Source: Williopsis jadinii (lineage: Eukaryota). Taken from it: a DNA stretch of 64,000 nucleotides. The notes below the pieces were generated by a model. It was not told the origin of the DNA, did not search any database, and worked only from the letters and a program-made list of their open reading frames with translations. The stretch is from the NCBI GenBank assembly GCA_024346625.1, contig AP024665.1, forward strand, positions 62,001-126,000, written 5' to 3'. Made by a program: the position numbers and the translations under genes. This document shows positions 45,850 to 56,839 of the stretch, in pieces (positions within the stretch are counted from its first letter, which is position 1; every line of letters starts with the position of its first letter).

Positions 45850-46643
45850 TGTGTTCGCTTCTTGTGCTCTCTTTTCGTTTCAAGCCAACTAGTGAAAGAC
45901 AATGTATAATAGGACACCGTGAACTTTGCTTACTCTATGCCGCCCTGTTGTCTTGTTGTTGTTCTATTGCTTTGTCAGTTGTTTACTTTTTTTAACGAAA
46001 GTACGAAGAGCGACAAAAAAACAAACAAACAAATACAAAAAGGGCAATCGGCCGAAATCAACTGCTGAATATATATACAAACTCTTTAGAGCCAAACAGA
46101 ATTAGCAAAGATAACAAGTGGTAAATTACTGAAGTTGATTCCTAGCTTTGGATAATGAAGCCACTCCTATTCGTTGGTGCCTTCTAGCGAGTGGTGTTTA
46201 CGAGTAAAAAATGGATTTGTTTTTCTTCCTGTTCAACTCAAAGCCGCCGCCATCGGAACATCTCCTTGTTTATGTTTTTTTTAACCACCCGCCCACTGCT
46301 TGCCGCCCACGGCCAATTGTGCCCCTCTGTGTATTCTCTCTCCTGGCCTGCAAAGGGTAGCCTGGACAGGATTCGCGGCGCACAGCGTAGGCTGGGAAGA
46401 TTAGATTAGATTACAACGCTGATAAATGTCCTTGCGACTTGATAAACAATCGCTGAGAAACGGTGCAATGCCCTCTGTATACTCTTAGCCATGGGCTGTA
46501 ATACACGCTGGCTAACTGTACAGCGGGGTCCACTTCCAAAGCTGTTATGAGTGTGATGAAAACACACCCCAAAAAATGACTACAAGATACGCAGTTATAT
46601 CCATTTGATGATAAGTTGAACCATATGTACACAGCGGAAATGT

Positions 46644-47525
46644 TCAGAGGTAGAATTTTCTCTTGTCCCTCTCCATATCTGGTCTGTGCTCCCATTCGAT
46701 TTCCTCCTTTATTCCCTTCTGTACCCTTCTCAGCTTCATCGTGAACTGTGGTCCAAGTTCTTGCAACCCAACTTTCTCCTCGTTTCTAAAGACATATCTA
46801 TGCCTTCTGAAGAAGATGTAGTCTCTTTGGTTGTGTAACGTAACGACGTTTCTTCCTTCAAATTCTGGTCTGTGGGGGAATAACGACTGGAAAAGTCTTC
46901 CTACAGTCTTACCCAGTCTCGTTGTAAAGTTGTTCAAAACCAACTCCGGGATGTGATCAGTGGCTTTACCGTGTCCTTTGATTTTCTTACCAGGTATAAG
47001 CGATGTGATTGAGAAATAGAAAGTTGGTCCATCTGGTAAATGGATAAAAGTGATACCGTTCACGTTCTTTTTATCTTCGTTGATCACTATTAGATCTGTG
47101 TATTCTCTATTAGCACAGAACTTCGACATGTCCTTCATCGAGAATTCTCTTTTGCGTTTGATAAACGTAACGTTTGGTAACACCTCCATCAACATATCTG
47201 CAAACTCATACGCAGCCTTTCTTGCATTAGCATTGGTGGTTAACAAAATCTTTGGTTCACGACCGTCAAAGTACGAACTGAAATCATCTTCACCTTCGAC
47301 GTCTGCACCAACAGTTTCATCAAATACTCTCTTAGATTCAATTGTCTCGGTAACGGCGGTTTTCAATCTCTCTTCTTTCAACGCTGGGTTCTCCTTCTCT
47401 TCCTTGGCTCTAGATGCTCGAAGCTTATGACGATCTTTGTTCTTCTTCGCTTTCAACTCAGCAAAGAGCTTCTGTCTAATCTGCTTATTCTTGATCTTGG
47501 GTCTTTCAGTGGTTCCGGTACCCAT
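46644..47525 (-). CDS. RPF1: Brix-domain 60S biogenesis factor Rpf1
   Basis: KILLTT, HLPDGPTFYF, PELVLNNFTTRLG, TLHNQRDYIFFRRHRY, LQELGPQFTMKL. Confidence 0.97.
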   Translation of the reverse strand: MGTGTTERPKIKNKQIRQKLFAELKAKKNKDRHKLRASRAKEEKENPALKEERLKTAVTETIESKRVFDETVGADVEGEDDFSSYFDGREPKILLTTNANARKAAYEFADMLMEVLPNVTFIKRKREFSMKDMSKFCANREYTDLIVINEDKKNVNGITFIHLPDGPTFYFSITSLIPGKKIKGHGKATDHIPELVLNNFTTRLGKTVGRLFQSLFPHRPEFEGRNVVTLHNQRDYIFFRRHRYVFRNEEKVGLQELGPQFTMKLRRVQKGIKEEIEWEHRPDMERDKRKFYL

Positions 47526-47586
47526 TGTTATTGCTGTGTATATCCTATGTTGAACTAATTTGGTACTGAAAGAGGTAACTACATAC

Positions 47587-47636
47587 TAAAAAAATTTTTT
47601 TTTTCTAAGATAAACATACAGATCCGGCCGATGAGC
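47587..47636. promoter_or_regulatory. RRPE-like A/T tract and PAC (CGATGAG) in the RPF1-IPK1 divergent promoter
   Basis: AAAAAAATTTTTTTTTTC and CCGATGAG. Confidence 0.6.
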
Positions 47637-47735
47637 CCTCGGATTTGTACTGCTTCATAGCGATTGTTGTCTGAGTCTGGTCGATGGCTATGTTACATAT
47701 ATCAGGAATGGCAACAACATTTAGTATGAACAGAG

Positions 47736-48536
47736 ATGAAGATACTTAAACACTCAGAGGATTGGATATTACTTGCGAAGGGAAATGCTAATTATGTATA
47801 TCAGTATAACGGTTCTGATAGTTCGCTGAGTGATAAGGTACTACGACTTCGAATGAAGAACCAAACCATAACAACAGAGCAGGTTTACAAGTTCATGACA
47901 GAAACCATGTGCCACATGCTTCCCGAAGTGGTTTCAGTCGAGTTGGTTCAGGTTGAATTCATGAAAGAGGGTGCATTAAACGAAGGGTTTGGATTACTGA
48001 TGCCAAACATCCTAAAGAATATGGAAAATGTAAAGAAGGGTAACTACTTTGCAGCTTACAGTACAGAACTTGACGATATGTCAGTGCTGGAAATAAAACC
48101 AAAGTGGTTGATAGAAACAAGCTATGGATGCCGAAACTGCATTCATCATAGACATAAGCATGGCGTAGAACCATTGTTCTGTTCAAGGGATTTAACAGAT
48201 CGGCGGAAAATCCATGACGTTTCACTCAAATTGGCTCATCATTCCACCAACGTTCAAATTGCACTGGAAGAGTATCTCTTATCTGAGAACAATGTTTTCC
48301 ACAGGATAATGAAACTCCAGGATCCTGAGTTCACTATGAATGGAATATACAGTTTAAGAGATGTTACGGAGGACCACTGTTTACAGATGACGCTAAGAGA
48401 CGTCACCGTTTTCCTCAGGTTTGATGGATCCTCGTTCATAGAAGCTGTTGTTACCGATGTGGATCCCAAATCGCCTCTCAAATGGGACAAATGGGTTAAA
48501 ACTGAACACCAGTTGACGAAACAATCTCTAGGATGA
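47736..48536 (+). CDS. IPK1: Inositol 1,3,4,5,6-pentakisphosphate 2-kinase
   Basis: AKGNANYV, VLRLR, VLEIKPKW, CRNC, FCSRDL, MTLRDVT, TDVDPKS..KW. Confidence 0.88.
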   Translation: MKILKHSEDWILLAKGNANYVYQYNGSDSSLSDKVLRLRMKNQTITTEQVYKFMTETMCHMLPEVVSVELVQVEFMKEGALNEGFGLLMPNILKNMENVKKGNYFAAYSTELDDMSVLEIKPKWLIETSYGCRNCIHHRHKHGVEPLFCSRDLTDRRKIHDVSLKLAHHSTNVQIALEEYLLSENNVFHRIMKLQDPEFTMNGIYSLRDVTEDHCLQMTLRDVTVFLRFDGSSFIEAVVTDVDPKSPLKWDKWVKTEHQLTKQSLG

Positions 48537-49328
48537 TGTTAATAATCCTTCAGTAACTATAAATCCTTGGGAATTTTCAATCCACAGTTTCATCTGTGCA
48601 TCAGAACCGGATTGACATAGTCTCAAAGGTTGGTTGACAAAAGCCGGGGATGAGTTTTTGTACTTGAATGACTGGACCTTCAAACCGGCATACATTGAAG
48701 TTGCCCATTCTAGCAATAAGGTCACCATCAATGGTCCATGGACTAGTAGATCAGGATAGCCCTCACGTTGCGAGTACTCCTTGTTGTAGTGAATCTTGTG
48801 CGGGTTGAATGTCAATGCAGAGTATCTAAAGAGTAGTATCTCAGTTGGAGTCAACTGATGGGTGTGTGTTGGTCGTTCTGAAGCGATCTTTGTCACACTG
48901 TTTGCAGGATCAAATGTGTGATTTGTATATATCAATTGTCTAAGCTCTTTGAATCTTATCTCCCCATCTTGTACCATTTCTCTCGAAATGTCAACAAAGA
49001 AGTTGTCCTTTAGTCTTCTGAACCTTGTTATCGTTTCGTTACACTGTGACTCCTTTCCGAGCTCTAGAGGCTTGATGAAGTCCATCTGGCCTCCAACCCA
49101 CATTCTTCGCCTAAATGTATCATCCTGGGGCTGCTGATAGGAATCGTACCCATCTTTTGAGAGCTCACCTTCAAAAGTCTGTGGGTTGTAGTAGGCAAAA
49201 TGATACCCCGGCGGTACGCTGGTGCCTAAAGGTTTGTGCTCATTGAAGAAGGAATACAACGATGCTTTAAGCTTCGAAGATTGATATGGCGATAGATAAT
49301 CATTGATGACAAACTTCCTACCAAGCAT
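48528..49328 (-). CDS. HTD2: Mitochondrial hydroxyacyl-thioester dehydratase Htd2
   Basis: PPGYHF, L..DGYD, RRMWVGG, LLFRYSALTFNPHKIHY, EGYPDLLVHGP (hot-dog dehydratase). Confidence 0.9.
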   Translation of the reverse strand: MLGRKFVINDYLSPYQSSKLKASLYSFFNEHKPLGTSVPPGYHFAYYNPQTFEGELSKDGYDSYQQPQDDTFRRRMWVGGQMDFIKPLELGKESQCNETITRFRRLKDNFFVDISREMVQDGEIRFKELRQLIYTNHTFDPANSVTKIASERPTHTHQLTPTEILLFRYSALTFNPHKIHYNKEYSQREGYPDLLVHGPLMVTLLLEWATSMYAGLKVQSFKYKNSSPAFVNQPLRLCQSGSDAQMKLWIENSQGFIVTEGLLTSS

Positions 49329-50021
49329 ATCTTATTCGTATACTTTATCTCCTAAAAGGACCATAAGAAGCAAGTGAGATATTGGTTCGCTTAAGGTGAA
49401 AGAACCTTCGGATGTCGGCCCAATCCGGTGAGGTCCAAATGCGCGAGTGCCGCCGCAAACAACAACACAAGCCGTAACCAAAAAACGAAAACGAATCAGA
49501 AAGGAAAGCACAACAACGGAGAAAATCATGATAAAGCCGATGACGGCCAAATGCAGGTTTCATAATGGGAATATCAACCAGCCTGGCCCCTTCCGGGTGT
49601 ATAAGTCGTGCTTCCTGAACCCTGGTGGCTCCCTCTTGTAGGTCGCAACGGTTATATGTTCCATCTATTATTTGGGATTGTTGCTGATCTACATTGTCGT
49701 GCCTAAAATCTGGCGTATCCATCTGGAGGAGGGATGCCATCAAACTGCCGCGTTAGGAAGATTAAAGGGGGGGGAGCAGGTTAAACGATTAGTAGGGTCT
49801 AATCAGAAACATTTCTTTTCTGGATCCGTTGCAGCTGTAACTAGTGTCACTCACATGGGGTGCCTATTTTCTCAGGACCCTAAGCAGTGGGCGTGAACTC
49901 TAAGGCTCCACGCATGTGTTTACTGAGTGTCTATGGCAGTGGATGAAGCCGATAGTGCTCAAAGCCAACAGCCGTCGTTGAGCCACGGTTTCATGGGACA
50001 TTCACCCTAACGTTGAACCCA

Positions 50022-50075
50022 GAAACCACCCCAGTGTGCCGTGGAAACCACCCCAGTCTGCTGAGAAAACCAGCC
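50022..50075 (+). repeat. 22-bp tandem duplication in the HTD2-GIP3 intergenic region
   Basis: GAAACCACCCCAGTGTGCCGTG / GAAACCACCCCAGTCTGCTGA, then a degenerate GAAAACCAGCC. Confidence 0.7.
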
Positions 50076-50921
50076 TACCAGGCGCAGGCGTCAAACGGCT
50101 GAGCCATAACTTATGACTTTTCCACTGTTGACATAGAACAACAGGGCCAACACGGGTCATTCACACACACATCGCATAAACAACCGACAATCGTGATGAT
50201 ACAATAACAGAATCGTTCCATTCCAAAGTGGAACCCACAGTATCTAACAATCTCCAGAGTGGAAACACTCTCCTACTTCGAATCAAGGAAACCCAATAAA
50301 GTAAAGATTCTCTGTATATATGTCCCCCTCTAAATAAGCCCGGCCATAGGGAGAGATTTCCCACACTGGATCCTGCCCCACGAGCTTTCTCAGCCTGTTC
50401 CCGCCAGAAGGGCCGCCTGGCGGAAGAAGAACACGCACAAAGAAAGGGGAAAAAACAATATTTGTGCTGCCTTGTTTAAAAATCTCCAAGTAGAATTCGC
50501 TTCCCCCCGTACGTTTTTTGCAGGTTTCCACAGCTAATTTCCGTTTCTTCCCTGTGTGTATTTTTTCTCTCTTTCTTCCCCTTGAACGTTTGTATTACGG
50601 ACGCTTTATCGTAAAGCATTGAAGATCATCACTTTTTTCAAACATAATATTAGAACGTTACACCAAGGAAGTGAAGATTGTTTCGGTGGTGATTTCCTAT
50701 TGCTTTTTTCCACTCCCCTCTTAGACAAGCAAGACTCGCCCGCTGCGTTGTTTGGCATTTTTGACATATAAATCCTGACCCATAGTATAGTTCCAACTTT
50801 GGGCAGATTGCATTTGACAACCATCAGGTACAGGGATCCGTTTGCTATTGTGATCTGGTCATTTTAATTGTGTGTTACACCTTATAGTTAGAGCAGGGAA
50901 TAAAGAAACAGTGTTGCAGTC

Positions 50922-53900
50922 ATGACAGGCACGAGGAAAGACAGAGAAGTTTCAAACAATGAGATTGACTGGTTCTTAAGGGGTAAGCTTCCAGAAAGCC
51001 AAGCGCCAATGCCAGTGCCACATAAACACACAAGCTCAGCTTCATCGTCTCACACGGTGAAGAGTGCCGTGCCGGCATCACAGGCAAGATCGCCTTCTCC
51101 TGTTCATTCTCCCCAGGCCTTGTCCACCGGGCTAAGACCTACTCCTTCACCAGCACAGGAGTCTACGGGACATATCTTGACGAGAACAAAGTCGCTACCA
51201 GCTCAGCCTGTGAAGAAGAAGGGATTCTTCAAGTCGATCTTCTCCAAGAAGAGCTCTGAACCTCAAAGATTACAATCTCCAACGTTGAAACCAATGTCAA
51301 GAGATGATAGTCATCTCAGTGCAAAGAAGCCAGCTGCTGCGTCTGGACACGACTCCAGCGAGCGCTTACAAAGAACGAAATCATTGGCATTTGACAATGC
51401 TCATCTGGATCCGAAATTGGAGGAATTCTTCCGTTATTATAAGGCTAAGGGTTTCGACAAGTTACAACAGGATCTCTCGACAGAACGCGAAGAGACGTCG
51501 AATAAGGCACCTTCCGTTTCATCCTCCATATCGTCAGCATCCCGTTCAGATAAGAAGAAGTCGACAATACAAGTCCAGTTCGATGTACGTGGAAGACCCA
51601 TCCCACCTCATCCAGCTACTTCACCTTGGCCTTCAGCCATGGTGCATGAAAAGAAAGCAGTGCCTGCAGGAATGGCACCAGTGGACTCTGCTGGTCAACA
51701 GAGCTCGAACTCAGGCTCAAGACTAGGCTTTCTACGTCGTCATCACAGCTCTGCTAGTGATTCTACATTGAGCCGCACAACCTCAGCAGCAAAGGAATCT
51801 CCAGCTAAGCCTACAGCGGTGGTCATTCCTGGTTTGGAGAATTTGCCAAAGTTGAAACGGGTATCGTTTGACGTTCCTGTATTCTTCAACGACCCTCCTC
51901 AACAGATCCCTTCAAGAACACCAAGAAAGGGTGAAGTTGAGATTTTGAAAGATGGAAGCATTGTCATCCATAAGTTGTCTCTTGCAGAAAGAAGACAGAT
52001 CTTGACTCAAGGTGGTGGTGGGTTGGTCGTTGGTGGATCTGGTCATTTGAAGATCACAACACAACCTCCAGAAGGAGAAGCGTTGAAACAAGCACATGAA
52101 TCAGAGCATACTGATGAATCACCTGGATCACCTGGATCCCCTGTATCCCCAACAGACTCAATCGATTCAGATATCTCTGAGAACGAAGGTCATAGTCGTG
52201 CTCGTGCTGTTGCAGCAGCTGAAGCAGCAGCTGAAGCCAGAGGCCATGAAGCTCCAAATGAGTTATCCCGTACCCGTACAAACTGTGAGGATGAAGTCAC
52301 TGTCAGTACACACGCTACAAAGATCAACATTGACAAACCAATGATACGTCACAACAAGAGCTCTGCATCGCTAGCTACAAATAGTACTGGTACAGACATG
52401 ACTGTGGATCAAGATGGTGTCTATCCCCCACAAGATACTAAAGTGCCATTGGATGTGTTGTATACGAGATGTTGTCATTTGAGAGAAATCTTACCAATTC
52501 CTGCAACCATGAAACAGATCAAGCCAAAATCTACAGATCCAATTGCTTTGCTTCAGTTGAGAAATCCTAAACCATCTCTAGTAGAGGTTTTAACTTTCAG
52601 TGACTTTATTTCTATTGCTCCTGTCCTATGTGTCTCTCTAGATGGTGTTTCATTAAGTTCTGAAATGTTTAGAATCATCTTGAGTGCATTGGTGGCCAAA
52701 AAAGAGTTTGAAAAGTTGACTTTGAGAAATACACCTATCGATGAAATGGGGTGGAGATTGTTGTGCTGGTTCTTGACAAAGAACAAGTCGTTATCTCGTA
52801 TTGATCTCACAAACGTTCCAAGTTTGCATACCAATGTTCAGAAGCCCTCAAAGACGTCTACTCCATCTACTATTGTACGCATGGAATGTGATATGAACTC
52901 GAGAAGTGATATGAACTGGAACTTATTCAACGCTGCGCTAATGTCTAGAAATGGAGTGGAAGAGCTGATTATTAACGGTGCGAAAATGAGTGATGAAGAG
53001 TTCGCTAATTTGATAGATTTGGGTGTTTCCATATCTACGAAGAGACTTGGTTTGGCATATAACGATTTGACCAAGAACCAGGTTATGGTACTTGGATCCA
53101 AACTTGACGTTACCAAAGTCATCGGTCTCGATTTGGGATACAACGATTTGAGTACTACGATTAAAGATTTCTTGGGTGCAATGACCGATGAACGTATTCG
53201 TCAGGCCAACTTTAGATTCTTATCCTTCAACTCGTGTAACTTGAACAACGATGGAGGTGTTGTGGATCGTTTCATCTCAAACAGTACTGGATTAAAGGAT
53301 TTGAGGTACTTAGATCTGTCCAACAACAAGAAATTGTTCCCAGAAATCATGATTGGTTTGGCACAATGTCTACCACTGTTCCCAAGGTTATCTAGAATTC
53401 ATTTGGAGTACAATGATATGAACCAGAATACCATTGTTGCCTTTGCAGAACTCATACCATTCTGTAAATCATTGTCATATGTATCCTTGATAGGTAATCA
53501 CATTGATTTCACTGCAGCATCTGCCTTGGCCACTGCAATTAAGAATTCTAAATCAGTGATGACTCTTGACATTGACTTTGATGAGATTCCAGCTAAGTTT
53601 AAAGATGAAATCAGTTTATACACTGTCAGAAACATGCAACAAGAGATTTCATCACACGGGCAAGTTGGCAGTGATTTGGCTGAGAACGAGTTGAATGACT
53701 TACAAGAGGAAATCACAAAGTTAATCACTGCACATGACGACAACAACATTGATTCTAAGTTGGTCGAAAGACTATTGAAGAAGACGTTGAGAGTCAGAAA
53801 GAATATTCACGATTCCATTGATGAGCTTTTCAAGCTGAGATTGCAAGGACAATTGAACACTGAAGGAAAAGAAGCTCTAATTCGTTTCTGTTTCATTGAT

Positions 53901-54638
53901 AGTTCCATTGAAAAGGGACTCCATCTTCTCGGTAAGCGTGCCACCATACATGATATGATTCATAAGATCGAAATTGAGTCAAAGGATTCGCACAGATCAC
54001 CACTCGCCGCCAACCCAATGGCCAGAAGATCCAGCACAAATATTGCGCTTTCAGACTATATGGATACACATGGACATGCCGAACTATTACCATTTGGTGT
54101 CAGCCAGACACACGTTGATCACTCTGAAACGCAAGCAATTACGGAAGATGATCCTGGCCGTGCCAAGGACGATAGTAAATTGAAAGAGGAAGCTTCTGTC
54201 TTGAAGTTAGCTGGAATGATCAAATCTAGTGGTTTAGTGGATCAGATCATTGCAGATGACCAATTGGCTAATGCCATCAGTAATATTAGTGGTGAAGACC
54301 TCAAGAACTCGATCCTTAAGAGCAACGACGTTGATACCGTTATGGATGCACTCGAGAAATTGAAGGAGAAGGGTGTCACAATTGGTGATATCTATAAAAA
54401 GTCGCACCCATCTGATCATCAGGATAATTTCTTATCAAATAAGGATCGTGATATCTTAACTCAAACCATGCAAAACACTGCATCAAATATGCCTGCGAAG
54501 AAGATTGTTTCCAATGTGAGCGAAGCTGACAGTGGAAGCGAGACTGAGAGTGATACTGAAGAAGAGGAAGAACTGAACAATGCTTATGACCAAATTTTAG
54601 ACACATTACAGAGGGTGAGAACAAGTACAGGTGCTTGA
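50922..54638 (+). CDS. Glc7-interacting LRR protein (Gip3/Her1/Mhp1 family)
   Basis: N-terminal IDWFLRGK, PP1-docking-like LKRVSF followed by FFNDPPQQIPSRTPRKGEV, YTRCCHLREILPIPAT, RNI-like LRRs. Confidence 0.88.
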   Translation: MTGTRKDREVSNNEIDWFLRGKLPESQAPMPVPHKHTSSASSSHTVKSAVPASQARSPSPVHSPQALSTGLRPTPSPAQESTGHILTRTKSLPAQPVKKKGFFKSIFSKKSSEPQRLQSPTLKPMSRDDSHLSAKKPAAASGHDSSERLQRTKSLAFDNAHLDPKLEEFFRYYKAKGFDKLQQDLSTEREETSNKAPSVSSSISSASRSDKKKSTIQVQFDVRGRPIPPHPATSPWPSAMVHEKKAVPAGMAPVDSAGQQSSNSGSRLGFLRRHHSSASDSTLSRTTSAAKESPAKPTAVVIPGLENLPKLKRVSFDVPVFFNDPPQQIPSRTPRKGEVEILKDGSIVIHKLSLAERRQILTQGGGGLVVGGSGHLKITTQPPEGEALKQAHESEHTDESPGSPGSPVSPTDSIDSDISENEGHSRARAVAAAEAAAEARGHEAPNELSRTRTNCEDEVTVSTHATKINIDKPMIRHNKSSASLATNSTGTDMTVDQDGVYPPQDTKVPLDVLYTRCCHLREILPIPATMKQIKPKSTDPIALLQLRNPKPSLVEVLTFSDFISIAPVLCVSLDGVSLSSEMFRIILSALVAKKEFEKLTLRNTPIDEMGWRLLCWFLTKNKSLSRIDLTNVPSLHTNVQKPSKTSTPSTIVRMECDMNSRSDMNWNLFNAALMSRNGVEELIINGAKMSDEEFANLIDLGVSISTKRLGLAYNDLTKNQVMVLGSKLDVTKVIGLDLGYNDLSTTIKDFLGAMTDERIRQANFRFLSFNSCNLNNDGGVVDRFISNSTGLKDLRYLDLSNNKKLFPEIMIGLAQCLPLFPRLSRIHLEYNDMNQNTIVAFAELIPFCKSLSYVSLIGNHIDFTAASALATAIKNSKSVMTLDIDFDEIPAKFKDEISLYTVRNMQQEISSHGQVGSDLAENELNDLQEEITKLITAHDDNNIDSKLVERLLKKTLRVRKNIHDSIDELFKLRLQGQLNTEGKEALIRFCFIDSSIEKGLHLLGKRATIHDMIHKIEIESKDSHRSPLAANPMARRSSTNIALSDYMDTHGHAELLPFGVSQTHVDHSETQAITEDDPGRAKDDSKLKEEASVLKLAGMIKSSGLVDQIIADDQLANAISNISGEDLKNSILKSNDVDTVMDALEKLKEKGVTIGDIYKKSHPSDHQDNFLSNKDRDILTQTMQNTASNMPAKKIVSNVSEADSGSETESDTEEEEELNNAYDQILDTLQRVRTSTGA

Positions 54639-54713
54639 TAAGCTAATTAATTGATTTGTGTTTCTGTTTTTTTCTTGTATAAGTATTGTAACGATAGTTG
54701 GTTGTCTCTAGAA

Positions 54714-56513
54714 TCACTCTGTATGATCATTAATATTTGATGACCTTCCCTCATAAGTGGTTGTATGAGAAGTTGAACCGGATTTTAAATGCTTGATCTT
54801 CTGTGAGCTCTCTGCTTGCTTGTCCAAATCGTCATATTGTTGCACATAGTCATCCATTTGCAGTTCATCAAAGTCTTTAGAGAGGTCATCCGGAATCTCA
54901 TCATCTCCATCATCGTCGTTCATCTCCGGAAGCATCAAGTTGAGAATAGTTGCAATTATACCTCCCATTGCATATGATGATTCCATAATGACGACAATGG
55001 CATCCAGAAACCCTTGGAGCGCAGTATTGGTTCCTGAGTAGTGGAAAACGTTATCAAACCAGTTTGGTACCAAAATGGCACCAAATCCAGGAAGTAGTGC
55101 AGCTGTAAGCACAAATCTATCACGTCTTGTGAACTTACATGTTGCTATGATTCGAACACCGGAAACTGCAACTGATGTGAATAAGAAAGAAGTCATACCA
55201 CCAAGGACAGGCTTTGGAATGGCCACCAATGAGGCTGCAAATTTTGTGAATATACCCATGATCAATAAGAAGAGACAACACCAATAGCCTGCAGTTCTGT
55301 TTGCACATTTGGTGATTGATATGACACCATTGTTCTGTGCAAAGGTTGACATTGGGGTGATGGTGCAAAGACCGGCAATGAGTCCATTAAAGCCATCTGC
55401 TAAGACACCACCTTGGATACGGGACTCATAAGCTGGACCTTCCACTTCCAGTCTCGAAACTTCTGAGGTGGCTGTTAGATCACCAATGGTTTCAACACAT
55501 AACACGACATAGACAATGAGCATTGGAAGCACTGCAGGCCCGTATACAGATAGCCTGAACGTTTCCACCCAGATAAAAGATGCGACATTTGCTGCATCTA
55601 TAGAAGATCTATCAAAGTAGCCACAAGCTGCAGCGACAATGCATCCTACCAAGAGGCCCAGAATAACAGAACAGGACTTCATAATTGGTGCACCCCATTT
55701 CTCAGCAATTATGATTGTAACGTACACGAGGAATCCCAAACCAATGAACTGGGCAGACCCCCATTCTGCTGCACGAGGTGCACCTTCAGATGGACATATA
55801 GCATCAACACAACCTGAGCCCCCTACCCAATCTTGGAACCCAGCTTTGATCAAGGAAACACCCATTAGAAGAACAACTGTACCTGTGACCGTGGCTGGGA
55901 ACAACTTTTTCAGAAACCTTGGAGGAATGAAGCTCATTGAGATCTCCAAAAGCGAGCAGACACATGAGGTTCCCAGTATAGCACCGTAGCCATCTGGACA
56001 TGGCAGTTGAGTGCCGTCTTCACTCACAGGACAAAACCCAGAGTTGTACATGATGGGAAGAACCTTCTGTACGACAACAATCACACCAAAACTTGTTCCA
56101 ACAACAGAAAGCATACCGGAGCCCAGGTAGTACGGAGTCTTGTAGATGTGGAATCTTGTGATTTGGATCACAGAGAGAAGCGCACTCACAATCAGCGAGG
56201 TTGAAACAAAGTACTGCTGTGTCTCTGTGGTGGCATTCACAGAGTAAGAGATGATCAGCGGAGGTGTAATAACACCAGCAAGCATCGCCAACGAGTGCTG
56301 TAAGCCCAGTATAAGCCCTAGCACTACGGGCATCTCGTCGTTTAGGCCGAAAAACGGCTGCGACACCCTGGTGCGCTTAGTGAAGGGCAAACGTGGTGTG
56401 AACAGGAACTTATAGTTGTAATCACCCAGCAGCCCATCTCTCGTGGTGAACTTACGCACAGCTCGCTGCGCAGTGAACTTACAGTGATCTTTGAAGGATA
56501 ACACAGACGACAT
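54714..56513 (-). CDS. NAT/NCS2 uric acid-xanthine permease (UapA/Xut1-like)
   Basis: LGLQHSLAMLAG, ETIGD, NAT signature FAQNNGVISITKCANR, many TM segments. Confidence 0.93.
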   Translation of the reverse strand: MSSVLSFKDHCKFTAQRAVRKFTTRDGLLGDYNYKFLFTPRLPFTKRTRVSQPFFGLNDEMPVVLGLILGLQHSLAMLAGVITPPLIISYSVNATTETQQYFVSTSLIVSALLSVIQITRFHIYKTPYYLGSGMLSVVGTSFGVIVVVQKVLPIMYNSGFCPVSEDGTQLPCPDGYGAILGTSCVCSLLEISMSFIPPRFLKKLFPATVTGTVVLLMGVSLIKAGFQDWVGGSGCVDAICPSEGAPRAAEWGSAQFIGLGFLVYVTIIIAEKWGAPIMKSCSVILGLLVGCIVAAACGYFDRSSIDAANVASFIWVETFRLSVYGPAVLPMLIVYVVLCVETIGDLTATSEVSRLEVEGPAYESRIQGGVLADGFNGLIAGLCTITPMSTFAQNNGVISITKCANRTAGYWCCLFLLIMGIFTKFAASLVAIPKPVLGGMTSFLFTSVAVSGVRIIATCKFTRRDRFVLTAALLPGFGAILVPNWFDNVFHYSGTNTALQGFLDAIVVIMESSYAMGGIIATILNLMLPEMNDDDGDDEIPDDLSKDFDELQMDDYVQQYDDLDKQAESSQKIKHLKSGSTSHTTTYEGRSSNINDHTE

Positions 56514-56591
56514 TGCTCCGTGAAAGTACACTCGTAGTGAACCTCGTTCTGTATCCAGCGCGTGGCTTTGGTACCGGCTTCCCCAGATCGA

Positions 56592-56696
56592 GCGATGAGG
56601 TGAAGGCTCATCGCACGAACAAATTAGGCAAAAAAATCCTCCAGACCAGGACCCTTTTAAGCGGAGCGGGAAGCACGAGAGAAAGAAAAATTTTCA
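56592..56696. promoter_or_regulatory. Inverted PAC pair plus RRPE upstream of the permease
   Basis: GCGATGAG-(7 nt)-CTCATCGC at 56592-56614; AAAAATTTTCA at 56686-56696. Confidence 0.65.
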
Positions 56697-56839
56697 TGTG
56701 TGTTGCGCCAACCGCCAGTTCATCGCAACGGCTTTTTGTGTCACGGCGGGATTACATAAGCTACGCAATTCAGTGTTTGTTGTTGTTTTCTCTATTTGAA
56801 GCACTAAACAAGTCCGAGTGAAAGGCTTACACGGTGTTC

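Noticed and set aside
48528..48536. IPK1/HTD2 9-nt tail-to-tail overlap as a special system
   Set aside because: Short convergent overlaps are common in compact yeast genomes, and both proteins look complete.
49345..49743. 132-aa minus-strand ORF upstream of HTD2
   Set aside because: No recognisable domain and atypical composition; it occupies the expected HTD2 promoter, ending 16 bp before its ATG.
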